Source of the DNA: Candidatus Omnitrophota bacterium | GTDB taxonomy: Bacteria; Omnitrophota; Gorgyraeia; Duberdicusellales; 4484-171 | Direction of reading: 5' to 3' | NCBI GenBank assembly: GCA_021735045.1 | Contig: JAIPHU010000010.1 | Coordinates: 1 to 32,000, forward strand | Length of the DNA: 32,000 bases | In this document: one piece after another, positions 16,944-25,961 of the stretch | How the letters are laid out: each line of letters starts with the position of its first letter | Numbering within the stretch: position 1 is the stretch's first letter | Made by a program: the position numbers and the translations under genes | The notes under the pieces: model-generated | The model's database searches: none | Seen by the model: the letters and a program-made list of their open reading frames with translations, nothing else | Told to the model about the DNA's origin: nothing

Positions 16944-17381
16944 ATGTGGTACGGTCAATATTTACATACCTTAGATAAAAAAGATAGATTTATCCTTCCT
17001 GCTAAATTCAGAGAAAAAATAAAAAGAGAAGAAAGTTTTTATTTTTATATGACCCGCGGCCTTGAGGGCTGCCTTTTTTTATATTCAAAAGATGTATGGA
17101 AAGAGTTAGAAGGCAAATTGCAGTCTCTTTCTTTTACAAATCAAAAACCACGTTTCTTTAACCGTATTTTTTTCAGTGGAGCTTCAGAAATAGAGGTAGC
17201 CCCGCAAGGAAGAGTTGGCCTTCCTCAAAACTTAAAACAGTTTGCAGATATAAAAAAAGAAATAGTTATTATTGGTGTAGGAAATAGAATTGAGGTTTGG
17301 GATAAAGATAGATGGGACCAGTTCTATTTAAAAAATAAAAGTAATTTTGAAAAGATGGCCGAAGATCTTTTTCAAATATAG
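16944..17381 (+). CDS. mraZ: Transcriptional regulator MraZ
   Basis: 145 aa with two SpoVT/AbrB-like pseudo-repeats, LDKKDRFILPAKFR and VAPQGRVGLPQNLK. First gene of the dcw cluster. RBS gaggtga. Confidence 0.93.
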   Translation: MWYGQYLHTLDKKDRFILPAKFREKIKREESFYFYMTRGLEGCLFLYSKDVWKELEGKLQSLSFTNQKPRFFNRIFFSGASEIEVAPQGRVGLPQNLKQFADIKKEIVIIGVGNRIEVWDKDRWDQFYLKNKSNFEKMAEDLFQI

Positions 17382-17407
17382 AGGGGGCAATTGATTAACT
17401 GGTTATT

Positions 17408-17493
17408 ATCAACGAATATACGAATTAATTACGAATTTGCGAATGAAAGTTTATTAAATTCGTATATTCGTATAGATTAGTAAATTCGTTGAT
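17408..17493. repeat. 86-bp imperfect palindromic CGAAT-motif element (copy 2), in inverted orientation relative to 6926-7012
   Basis: Termini atcaacgaat (17408-17417) and attcgttgat (17484-17493) are exact reverse complements. CGAAT starts at 17413, 17421, 17432 and 17440; ATTCG starts at 17458, 17466 and 17484. This is the mirror image of the motif pattern in copy 1. Confidence 0.85.
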
Positions 17494-17539
17494 TACTTAC
17501 TGTTTACTAATTAACTATTCACCTAAAACAGGAGGTTTT

Positions 17540-17722
17540 ATGAGTAGAGGTGTTAGTAAAAAAAGAAGTAGGCACTCAAAAAGTAAGAGCGATCAAAAAG
17601 TGCTTGTAGGTTCTTCTATAGTTCACCTTTCAGGATTTTCTCTTTGTGCTGGAAAATCAGGAGAGTTAGATTTAACTTCATTAAGTAGTAAGCAAATCAG
17701 AAAAAAAATCGGATGGCTCTAA
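17540..17722 (+). CDS. Hypothetical small basic Ser/Lys-rich protein (60 aa) between mraZ and rsmH
   Basis: ATG 17540 is preceded by aggagg (17530-17535). The product begins MSRGVSKKRSRHSKSKSDQK. The stop lies 3 nt before the rsmH ATG. I recognise no family and no TM segment. The ORF-track start at 17489 is a TTG inside the repeat element and is unlikely. Confidence 0.4.
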   Translation: MSRGVSKKRSRHSKSKSDQKVLVGSSIVHLSGFSLCAGKSGELDLTSLSSKQIRKKIGWL

Positions 17723-17725
17723 TTT

Positions 17726-18649
17726 ATGGTTATTACCAAACATTTAGATGAAATGACAAAGATTTATCATTATCCAGTTATGTGGCAAGAAACGCTTGAT
17801 AGCTTACAACTTTCCAAGCGAGAAGTTATCATAGATTGTACGACAGGTTTGGGTTCACATGCTTACAAAATGATTCAAGCAAGCCAAAAAAATTCCTTTT
17901 ACATAGGTATAGATAAAGATAGCCAATCTTTAAAAGAAGCTTATTGGAAACTTAAGCCTTTTGAAGGTAGGTTTGTTTTGCTTCAAGAAGATTTTATGCA
18001 TTTAGATAAAGTTTGTCACGAGTTTAATATTGAAAAAGCTGATATTTTCTTTTTTGATTTAGGAATATCGACCTATCAATTAGCTAATCCTCAAAGAGGT
18101 TTTAGTTTTTTAGGTGAAGGCGCCTTAGATATGAGGATTAATAAAGATAATTTTCTTACTGCTTTTGATTTAGTAAATAATTTAAGCGAGCCAGAACTAA
18201 TCAACATATTTAAAAAATTTGGAGAAGAGCGTTATTCAAGACGAATCGCTCATGCGCTAGTAACTTATCGGCGCCAAAAATCAATTGCGACTACTACACA
18301 ATTGGCTGAGATTATTGAAAAAAGCGTGCCGGTAAAAGCGCGTTTTGGGAGAATTCATCCAGCTACTAGAGTTTTTCAAGCCTTAAGGATTGCGGTTAAC
18401 CGAGAGCTAGAATCTCTTAAAATTGCCCTGCCCAAAGCGATTAACTTTTTAAAAAAAGGGGGCAGGATAGGCGTTATATCATTTCATTCATTAGAGGATA
18501 GAATAGTTAAACATACGTTTAAAGATTTTGCTTCACGAAATTTATTAAAAATTATTACCAAAAAACCTAAAAGGCCGACAGAAAAAGAAAAAAAGATTAA
18601 TCCAGCTTCGCGTTCGGCAAAATTGCGGATAGCAGAAAAAATTGGGTAA
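17726..18649 (+). CDS. rsmH: 16S rRNA (cytosine1402-N4)-methyltransferase
   Basis: 307 aa with YHYPVMWQETLD, DCTTGLGSH (SAM site), DLGISTYQL and SFHSLEDR motifs. Confidence 0.93.
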   Translation: MVITKHLDEMTKIYHYPVMWQETLDSLQLSKREVIIDCTTGLGSHAYKMIQASQKNSFYIGIDKDSQSLKEAYWKLKPFEGRFVLLQEDFMHLDKVCHEFNIEKADIFFFDLGISTYQLANPQRGFSFLGEGALDMRINKDNFLTAFDLVNNLSEPELINIFKKFGEERYSRRIAHALVTYRRQKSIATTTQLAEIIEKSVPVKARFGRIHPATRVFQALRIAVNRELESLKIALPKAINFLKKGGRIGVISFHSLEDRIVKHTFKDFASRNLLKIITKKPKRPTEKEKKINPASRSAKLRIAEKIG

Positions 18650-19007
18650 AATGCGCAAAATATCACCATTAATATTGGTATCTATTATATTTATTTTTCT
18701 TTCAGTGTATCTTCATCAGAAGGTTCAAATCTATACAGCTGCTTTTTATCTTCAAAAAAATTATAATAACTACCAGGAACTTGTTGCAAAAAAAGATTAT
18801 TTGATGCATAATTTTTCAAAGAAAGTGTCTTTATCCCACGTAAGCAAATGGGTTTTGGCAGAAAAGCTTTCCTCGCCGGGAAAAGAAAAGCTTCTGGTGT
18901 TTAAGCCTAACGACCAAGTTGAAACTGATACGGTTTCTAAAAAATCATTTTTCAAACGGATCAGGTCTTCTGCTTCAATCGCTGACGTTTTTGCAAAAGA
19001 GCGGTAA
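18642..19007 (+). CDS. ftsL: FtsL-like cell-division protein (bitopic, single N-terminal TM helix)
   Basis: 121 aa. It has a TM segment PLILVSIIFIFLSVYL followed by a probable coiled segment. The position between rsmH and ftsI is conserved for ftsL, but the sequence itself is not diagnostic. Confidence 0.6.
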   Translation: MGKMRKISPLILVSIIFIFLSVYLHQKVQIYTAAFYLQKNYNNYQELVAKKDYLMHNFSKKVSLSHVSKWVLAEKLSSPGKEKLLVFKPNDQVETDTVSKKSFFKRIRSSASIADVFAKER

Positions 19008-19040
19008 AAATAACCTGTTTCTCTCTAAAAGTTTAAAACA

Positions 19041-20693
19041 GTGAAGAAAAAACCTTTTTTTCGATTTGATACAATATATTTATTATTTGTCTTTTTGTTC
19101 CTAATTCTTTTTGTTAAAATAATATCTCTCCAAATTTACCGCCAAGATTTTTTTGATCAACTTGCCAAAGAACAGCACTATGGTTTATTTCAAATTCAAG
19201 GTAAAAGAGGCAAAATTATCGACTCTAACAGAGATGTCCTTGCTAAAAGTATTTATTTTTATTCGGTCTTTGCTGATCCACTTTTTGTTGATAATAAAAA
19301 TAAGTTTGCCGAAATTCTTTCTACAAAGCTTAATATTTCAAAAGAAAGATTAATAGGTAGGCTGAATAAAAAAAAGCGTCGTTTTGTTTGGGTAAAACGA
19401 AAGATAAACTGGAAACAAAAAAAAGATATAGAAAACCTCAATTTGGCTGGGGTTGGGTTTATAAGAGAAAACCAGAGGTTTTACCCGGAAAAGAGCCTAT
19501 TTTCTTCAGTTTTAGGCATCGTAGACATAGATAATAATGGCTTAGAGGGAATTGAGCTTTATTATGACCAGTATTTGCGGGGCAAAAAAGGTTGGGCTAG
19601 AGTTTTAAGAGATTCAACCTCACAACATTTGATTTTAACTCCTTCTCTGGTAGAATTGCAAAAAGGGGCTGACTTAGTAGTTACTTTAGATACTAGAATT
19701 CAATATTGGGTTAAGCAATATTTAAAAGAAACAATTAAAAAATATAGAGCTAAAAAGGGCTCAGTGGTAGTAATGAATGCCCAAAATGGTGAGATATTAG
19801 CTTTAGCAAATTCTAACAGTTCCGGTTTAAATAATGATAAATTTTATTTTCGAAAAAATAGTGCAGTTACAGATATGTTTGAACCAGGTTCAGTTTTTAA
19901 AGTAGTAACTTTAGCTGCTGCAATTTCTCAAAAAAGATCATTTGACAAGATTGATTGTGAACAAGGACGCTTTAAAATTCCCGGAACTGTTTTAAATGAT
20001 TGGCGGCCTTATGGAGATCTTTCTTTTCAAGAAGTTTTTTATAAATCAAGTAATATAGGTGTAGCTAAGATAGCTACAACTGTCGGTTATAAAAAAATAT
20101 ATAACTATATCAAAAAAATGGGGTTTGGCCAAAAAACTGGTATAGATTTTCCTGGTGAATCTCAAGGCAGGTTGATGCATGTAGATAAATGGTCAAAAAC
20201 TGCCAGATATATTGTCCCTATCGGGCAAGGGATAGGAGTAAATTTGTTACAGCTGGTGAGAGCTTTTGCTGTAATTGCAAACGGCGGAGATTTGGTAACT
20301 CCTCATTTGGGCAAAGAGTTATGCGCTAAGGGCCTTTGTCGAGCGATTGAATACGATCGAAAAAAAAATATTTTATCAGCTAGAGTAGCCAATCAAGCTA
20401 AAAGAGTTTTAATCAAAGTAGTTGAGCAAGGAACCGGTAAGAGAGCAAAAATTGATGAAGAACGAATTGGAGGAAAAACCGGAACTGCACAAAAGTTTGA
20501 TTCAAAACTAGGCAGATATTCTTCTAGTAAATATAGAGCTAACTTTATTGGTTTTATTGATAGTAGTAAAAAACCAATTGTAATTGGGGTAACTATTGAC
20601 GAACCTAAAAGGTCACATTTTGGGGGAGTAGTAGCAGCTCCTTTATTTAAGAAGATTGCTAAAAAAATTATTAGTTATGAGTTGTTCAAATAA
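19041..20693 (+). CDS. ftsI: Penicillin-binding protein (class B transpeptidase, FtsI/PBP3-like)
   Basis: 550 aa with a GTG start. It has an N-terminal TM anchor and the SVFK (SxxK), SSN and KTGT motifs in canonical order. Confidence 0.9.
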   Translation: MKKKPFFRFDTIYLLFVFLFLILFVKIISLQIYRQDFFDQLAKEQHYGLFQIQGKRGKIIDSNRDVLAKSIYFYSVFADPLFVDNKNKFAEILSTKLNISKERLIGRLNKKKRRFVWVKRKINWKQKKDIENLNLAGVGFIRENQRFYPEKSLFSSVLGIVDIDNNGLEGIELYYDQYLRGKKGWARVLRDSTSQHLILTPSLVELQKGADLVVTLDTRIQYWVKQYLKETIKKYRAKKGSVVVMNAQNGEILALANSNSSGLNNDKFYFRKNSAVTDMFEPGSVFKVVTLAAAISQKRSFDKIDCEQGRFKIPGTVLNDWRPYGDLSFQEVFYKSSNIGVAKIATTVGYKKIYNYIKKMGFGQKTGIDFPGESQGRLMHVDKWSKTARYIVPIGQGIGVNLLQLVRAFAVIANGGDLVTPHLGKELCAKGLCRAIEYDRKKNILSARVANQAKRVLIKVVEQGTGKRAKIDEERIGGKTGTAQKFDSKLGRYSSSKYRANFIGFIDSSKKPIVIGVTIDEPKRSHFGGVVAAPLFKKIAKKIISYELFK

Positions 20694-20694
20694 G

Positions 20695-22140
20695 ATGAAA
20701 ATAAAAGATATTGTAAGATCAGTCAAAGACCCTAAGGTTGCGGGGTTAGATGTATCAGATATTGCTGATGATTCTAGATTTGTTAAACAAGGAAGTGTTT
20801 TTTTTGTAATTAAGAGATCTAATTTTGATATATTTTCTGTTTTAAAAGAAATAGAAAAGAAGGTGAAAGTTTATGTTGTTAGTTTAGAAGATAAAGATCA
20901 ATTCATAAAAATGGCTATAAATAAGCCAGTTATTTATGTAAAAAAAATCGAAGCTTGTTTTTATCGAGCCGTTAAGAAATTATATAAACCAAAACCCAGC
21001 CTTAAAATAATTGGAATCACCGGGACTAACGGAAAAACGTCTACTGGCTATTTTTTATATCAGTTATTTAAAAAAATGGGCAAAAAAACAGCTTTTTTTG
21101 GGACGATTGGCTATTTTATTGATTCACATAAATATAAAATAGCTTATACTACTGCTGATTTTCTTACGCTTTACAAAATGATTAAAAAAGCTAGTCAAAG
21201 AAATGTTGATTTTTTAATCATGGAGGTTTCTTCCCATAGCATAGCCCAAGAAAGAATAAAAGGGATAAAATTTATGAGATGTGTATTTACTAATATAAGC
21301 CGGGACCATCTTGATTACCATAAAACAATGGACTCTTATTTTAAAGTAAAAAAGAGTTTTTTTCTCCGGAACAACTATTCGATCATTAATAATGATTGTT
21401 ATTATGGCAAGAAAATACTATCTGATTTAGATAAAGCGATATCTTATGGGATAAAAGACAAGTCCGATTACCAAGCAAAGAATGTGAGGTTATTTAAAAG
21501 CAGGACAAACTTTGATTTAGTTGTAGGCAATAAAAACTTTTCTGTATCAACATCTATAACCGGATATCATAATGTTTTGAATCTTTTAGCAGCTCTAGCT
21601 ACAGCTCATTCTTTAGGATTTTCTCGAACAAAGCTATTAAAATTAACCTCATCTCTTAGGAAAGCTGAAGGCAGATTTGAAAGAATAGCTCAAGATATAT
21701 TTATAGATTATGCTCATACTCCAGAAGGGCTTAAACAGATTATTTCTTCTCTGCGGGAGGTAGGCTACAAGCAAATTATATCTGTTTTTGGCTGCGGTGG
21801 GCAGCGTGATCAAGGGAAAAGAGCCATTATGGGAAAAATATCTTCTCAACTATCTGATTTTACTGTTATTACTTCAGATAATCCTAGAAAAGAAGATCCG
21901 TTAGATATTTGCAAACAAATTAAAAAAGGATGTTTGAATAGAAAATTTGAAATCATTATCGACCGAAAGAAAGCCATTAAAAAAGCGATATTACTATATC
22001 GAAATAAGAAAAAAATTGGTAAAAAAGTATCTGTTTTGATCGCGGGCAAAGGCCATGAAGACTATCAAATATTAAAAAATAAAAAAGTTGCTTTTAAAGA
22101 TTCAAGAATGGCAAAAGATATTTTAAAAAGTTTAGGCTGA
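20695..22140 (+). CDS. murE: UDP-N-acetylmuramoyl-L-alanyl-D-glutamate--2,6-diaminopimelate ligase
   Basis: GITGTNGKTS P-loop. The DNPR motif (TSDNPRKEDP) is characteristic of meso-DAP-adding MurE. I start it at ATG 20695, 1 nt after the ftsI stop; in-frame alternatives exist at 20677 and at the TTG 20656. Confidence 0.9.
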   Translation: MKIKDIVRSVKDPKVAGLDVSDIADDSRFVKQGSVFFVIKRSNFDIFSVLKEIEKKVKVYVVSLEDKDQFIKMAINKPVIYVKKIEACFYRAVKKLYKPKPSLKIIGITGTNGKTSTGYFLYQLFKKMGKKTAFFGTIGYFIDSHKYKIAYTTADFLTLYKMIKKASQRNVDFLIMEVSSHSIAQERIKGIKFMRCVFTNISRDHLDYHKTMDSYFKVKKSFFLRNNYSIINNDCYYGKKILSDLDKAISYGIKDKSDYQAKNVRLFKSRTNFDLVVGNKNFSVSTSITGYHNVLNLLAALATAHSLGFSRTKLLKLTSSLRKAEGRFERIAQDIFIDYAHTPEGLKQIISSLREVGYKQIISVFGCGGQRDQGKRAIMGKISSQLSDFTVITSDNPRKEDPLDICKQIKKGCLNRKFEIIIDRKKAIKKAILLYRNKKKIGKKVSVLIAGKGHEDYQILKNKKVAFKDSRMAKDILKSLG

Positions 22141-22168
22141 AAATAAAGAAAAAAAACTAAGTTTTAAT

Positions 22169-23512
22169 ATGAATATTAGTAGTTTTAAAACCATAGAAAA
22201 ACTCATAAAACCTTATCAGATATATAACTTGTATCATTTCAGGCCGGTTAAAAGGTTTTGTCTGGACTCTCGTTCTATTAAGCCCGGCGACGCTTTTATT
22301 GCCTTAAACGGTAAATACAAGGATGGCCATGATTTTATTAAAAAGGCAGTTAAAAAAGGCGCGGTTTTAGTAGTATCTGAAAAAAAAATAGAAACTAAGC
22401 CAAAAGTTCCTCAATTTATTGTTCAAGATACAATTAATGCTTTAGAAGAGATAATTTTGTTTTTAAGAAAAAAACATAAAAAAGTAACTGTTTTTGCCAT
22501 AACCGGTTCTTTGGGCAAAACCACTACTAAAGAGATGTTAAGTTTTCTTCTTTCTCCTTATAGAAATGTTTTAAAAAACAAAGCTACTGAAAATAATATT
22601 TTTGGAGTGGCTAAAACTATTTTTTCTTATAACAATCAAGATTCTATCATTTTTGAGCTTGGAACAAATAAAGCTGGAGAGATTAAGAGTTTGGCTAAAG
22701 CGGTTAAGCCCAACCTAGGTGTTGTTACTTGCATAAAACCGGCTCATTTAGTTGGATTAAAAGATATAAAAAAAATTAAAAAAGAAAAAATTTCACTTTT
22801 TGAACAAAACCCAAAGGCAAAAGCTGTATTAAATGATGATGACAAAATGCTCTCCGGGCTCAGGTTAAAAAATAAAACATTTTGGTATGGTAAAGGCAAA
22901 AATAATAACTTATACTACCGTCTAGCCAAAAGAAAGGAAGAAAAGGTTTATTTTAAAATATTAGATAAATATGATTTAGTTATACCGCTTCGCTTTGAAA
23001 GTTTTATTAATAATTATTTAGCAGCTATATTAGCTGCTCATACCTTAGGTATTTCTTATCGGGATCTTATTTCCAGAATAAATAATTTCGGTAATTTTCC
23101 TTCGATGCGGATGGAAAAGAAAACAATTGGCAGCTACATTATTTTAAATGATGCCTATAATGCTAACCCTTATTCTTTTAAGCAATCTCTTTTGACTTTA
23201 AGGCGGTTTAGGCTGCCTAAAGTTGTTATTGCAGCAGATATGCTTGAGCTGGGTTCTAAAACTGCATTTTATCACCGTAAGTTAGCTGATCAGATCTATA
23301 AAACCGGTTGTAAATATTGTATTACTTATGGGGATAACAGTAAGATAACAAAAAATCAACTAAAAGCCTTGGGTTATCAAAATGTATTTCATTTTTCTTC
23401 TCAGAAAAAAATTGCCTTATTTTTGAAAAAAAAGCTAAAAAACAAAAGATATTTAATTTTTCTAAAAGGTTCTCGAAAAATGAAGCTAGAAAAAATAGTT
23501 AAATATCTATAA
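22169..23512 (+). CDS. murF: UDP-N-acetylmuramoyl-tripeptide--D-alanyl-D-alanine ligase
   Basis: 447 aa with ITGSLGKTTTKE P-loop, Mur ligase architecture and the conserved dcw position. Confidence 0.9.
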   Translation: MNISSFKTIEKLIKPYQIYNLYHFRPVKRFCLDSRSIKPGDAFIALNGKYKDGHDFIKKAVKKGAVLVVSEKKIETKPKVPQFIVQDTINALEEIILFLRKKHKKVTVFAITGSLGKTTTKEMLSFLLSPYRNVLKNKATENNIFGVAKTIFSYNNQDSIIFELGTNKAGEIKSLAKAVKPNLGVVTCIKPAHLVGLKDIKKIKKEKISLFEQNPKAKAVLNDDDKMLSGLRLKNKTFWYGKGKNNNLYYRLAKRKEEKVYFKILDKYDLVIPLRFESFINNYLAAILAAHTLGISYRDLISRINNFGNFPSMRMEKKTIGSYIILNDAYNANPYSFKQSLLTLRRFRLPKVVIAADMLELGSKTAFYHRKLADQIYKTGCKYCITYGDNSKITKNQLKALGYQNVFHFSSQKKIALFLKKKLKNKRYLIFLKGSRKMKLEKIVKYL

Positions 23513-23526
23513 TATTTTCCACTTTT

Positions 23527-23535
23527 TGGTACAAT
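23527..23535 (+). promoter_or_regulatory. Extended -10-like element TGgTACAAT
   Basis: tgg at 23527-23529 plus tacaat at 23530-23535, just after the murF stop. The predicted transcription start would fall at the first heptad of the downstream repeat element. No convincing -35. Confidence 0.35.
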
Positions 23536-23542
23536 ATAAATT

Positions 23543-23618
23543 AGCTCATAGCTGATGGCTCATGGTTGATAGTTAATTATTTCTCAACTAAGAGCTATGA
23601 GCCAAGAGCTAAGAACCA
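23543..23618. repeat. Intergenic element: five 7-bp tandem repeats, a 6-bp centre, then five inverted 7-bp repeats
   Basis: The left arm reads agctcat agctgat ggctcat ggttgat agttaat (23543-23577). The centre is tatttc. The right arm reads tcaacta agagcta tgagcca agagcta agaacca (23584-23618), and its reverse complement reads as GGTTCTT AGCTCTT GGCTCAT AGCTCTT AGTTGA-type heptads. It ends 6 nt before the mraY ATG. Confidence 0.8.
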
Positions 23619-23624
23619 ATTATT

Positions 23625-24707
23625 ATGCTTTACCATCTACTATATCCATTATCAAAATATTTTTTTATTTTCAATGTCACCAGATATATTACTTTTCGCA
23701 GTGGATGTGCGTTTTTTACTTCTTTTTTTCTCGTCTTTCTTTTTTGGCGTCCGCTGATAAAAAGACTTCATAAGATGCAGATTGTAGAAAATATTGATAT
23801 GTATGGGCACCTGCATCTTGAAAAGCTACATAAAGATAAAAAAGGTACTCCTACCATGGGTGGGCTGTTGATTGTTTTTTCAATGTTTCTCTCTAGTTTA
23901 ATCTGGGCTAGATTAGACAATTTTTTGGTATGGGTAGTATTATTTACTATGGGAGCTTTGGCTCTTTTAGGTTTTATTGATGATTCTTTAAAAATAAAAA
24001 AAGGGAAAGGATTAACTCGTCTCCAGAAGTTATTATGGCAAAGCCTGGTTGGTTTAGCTTTAGGTACCTTTATAGTTTTATATAAAGGTATAGAGCCTAG
24101 CTGGAGCTTACCTTTTTTTAAAAGTGTAGTATTAAATTTAGGATATTTTTATATTTTTTGGGCTGTTTGTTTAATAGTAGCTACATCCAATGCAGTAAAT
24201 TTTACTGACGGCCTTGATGGTTTAGCTATAGGCAGTTTGATTATTAATGCAGTGATTTTTTCGTTATTAGCTTATTTGGTGGGCAACCTAAAATTTGCTG
24301 ACTATCTTTTTATTCCTTATATAAAGGGTGCAGGAGAATTAACTGTTATAACATTGAGCTTAGCAGGTTCTGGCTTAGCTTTTCTTTGGTTTAACTCTTA
24401 TCCGGCTCAAGTTTTTATGGGGGATGTAGGGGCATTAGCTTTAGGAGGAGTTATAGGGGCAGTTGCTTTAATTATAAAGAAAGAATTTATTCTTTTTATT
24501 AGTGGAGGGCTGTTTGTAATTGAAGCATTGAGTGTAATTTTACAGATAACATCTGTGAAATTAAGAAAAAAGAGGATATTTAAAGCTGCTCCGATTCACC
24601 ATCATTTTCAAATCAAAGGTTGGCCGGAACCAAAGATAATCGTTCGTTTTTGGATTATTACAATAATCTGCGCTTGTTTAGCTTTACTTACCCTTAAGCT
24701 TCGGTAG
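23625..24707 (+). CDS. mraY: Phospho-N-acetylmuramoyl-pentapeptide transferase
   Basis: 360 aa, polytopic, with FNVTRYITFR, NAVNFTDGLDGLA, GDVGALALGG and APIHHHF motifs. Confidence 0.94.
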   Translation: MLYHLLYPLSKYFFIFNVTRYITFRSGCAFFTSFFLVFLFWRPLIKRLHKMQIVENIDMYGHLHLEKLHKDKKGTPTMGGLLIVFSMFLSSLIWARLDNFLVWVVLFTMGALALLGFIDDSLKIKKGKGLTRLQKLLWQSLVGLALGTFIVLYKGIEPSWSLPFFKSVVLNLGYFYIFWAVCLIVATSNAVNFTDGLDGLAIGSLIINAVIFSLLAYLVGNLKFADYLFIPYIKGAGELTVITLSLAGSGLAFLWFNSYPAQVFMGDVGALALGGVIGAVALIIKKEFILFISGGLFVIEALSVILQITSVKLRKKRIFKAAPIHHHFQIKGWPEPKIIVRFWIITIICACLALLTLKLR

Positions 24708-24710
24708 TTA

Positions 24711-25961
24711 ATGAAAATTATTAAAGATTTAATAACAATTTGTGTGGCAGGATGGGGCAAAACAGGTATTTCTTTAACAAAGATGTTGTTGGATTTGGGT
24801 AAAAAGGTTAAAGTAACTGAACAAAGAAAAAAAAAATATTTTTGTTCTCAATCCATTCAAAATTTTCAAGCTAAAGGAGTCAAGTTTGAATTCCGCAAAC
24901 ATTCAGAAGAATTTATTAAATCTTGTGAACTAATTATTTTAAGCCCAGGCATAGATCTTTCTAGGTCAAAGTTAACTAATATTGCGATAAAAAATAAGAT
25001 ATCTTGCATAGGAGAGTTAGAATTTGCTTTTTATTTTACTGATGCAACTATTATTGCAATTACTGGAACTAACGGAAAAACCACAACGGCTCATCTAGTC
25101 TATCGGTTGCTTAAGCAAAAAAAGAAAAAAGTTTATTTAGGGGGTAATATTGGACGCCCTTTTTCCGAATTTGTATTAAATACCAAAAAAGGGGATGTAA
25201 TAGTTTTGGAAGTAAGTTCATTCCAACTGGAGACGGTTGTTAAATTTAGGCCAAAAGTAGCTGTTTTACTTAACCTTGAGCCTGATCATCTCAATCGGCA
25301 TAAAAGTTTTGATAATTACTTAAAGACAAAACTGAAAATTTTTCATAATCAAAAAAAATCTGACCGGGCAATTATTAATAAAGAAATAAATTTAGCTAAA
25401 CCTTACCTGTCAGAGATAAACTCAAAAATCATATATTTTAAAAATGAGTTATCTGACCAAAATCTATCAGCTGCTTATAGGGTGGGGAAAATATTTGGTA
25501 TCACTAAAGACGACTGCCGTATACTTTCTTCCAAATATAAAAAATTGCCTCATCGTCAGCAACTGGTAAAGGAAATTGATAAGATAAAGTTTATAAATGA
25601 TTCGAAAGCCACCAACCTTTCTTCAACCTTGTTTGCTCTAAAGTCAATAAAGAAATCTGTAATATTGATTGCGGGGGGTAAAGATAAAGGTTTTCATTAC
25701 TTTGATTTAGGAAAATATGCAAGAAAGATCAAAAAGATAAACCTTATTGGACAAGCCGCAGATAAAATTAATGATGAAATTGGTAATAAAATTAAATGTG
25801 ATAAGTTTGATTCATTAAAAGAAGCGGTATTATCATCCTATAAAGAAGCAAAGCCTTCTGATACTATTCTTTTTTCTCCGATGTGCTCTAGTTTTGATAT
25901 GTTTTCTGATTATAAAGAAAGAGGACAAAAGTTTGTTGAAATTGTAGATAATCTTTTTTAA
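24711..25961 (+). CDS. murD: UDP-N-acetylmuramoylalanine--D-glutamate ligase
   Basis: 416 aa with ITGTNGKTTT P-loop, Mur ligase architecture and the conserved dcw position. Confidence 0.9.
   Translation: MKIIKDLITICVAGWGKTGISLTKMLLDLGKKVKVTEQRKKKYFCSQSIQNFQAKGVKFEFRKHSEEFIKSCELIILSPGIDLSRSKLTNIAIKNKISCIGELEFAFYFTDATIIAITGTNGKTTTAHLVYRLLKQKKKKVYLGGNIGRPFSEFVLNTKKGDVIVLEVSSFQLETVVKFRPKVAVLLNLEPDHLNRHKSFDNYLKTKLKIFHNQKKSDRAIINKEINLAKPYLSEINSKIIYFKNELSDQNLSAAYRVGKIFGITKDDCRILSSKYKKLPHRQQLVKEIDKIKFINDSKATNLSSTLFALKSIKKSVILIAGGKDKGFHYFDLGKYARKIKKINLIGQAADKINDEIGNKIKCDKFDSLKEAVLSSYKEAKPSDTILFSPMCSSFDMFSDYKERGQKFVEIVDNLF

Noticed and set aside
2269-20694. N-terminally extended starts given by the ORF track (2269 fabD, 5631 leuC, 7524 leuB, 10567 lipoprotein, 17489 small ORF, 20656 murE)
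   Set aside because: The extensions begin at non-ATG codons or overlap the upstream gene. Downstream ATGs give N-termini typical of the families and/or have proper RBS spacing.
23566-23757. 63-aa ORF spanning the heptad repeat element and the start of mraY
   Set aside because: It begins at a TTG inside the repeat and runs out of frame over the well-supported mraY N-terminus (FNVTRYITFR). It is an artefact.
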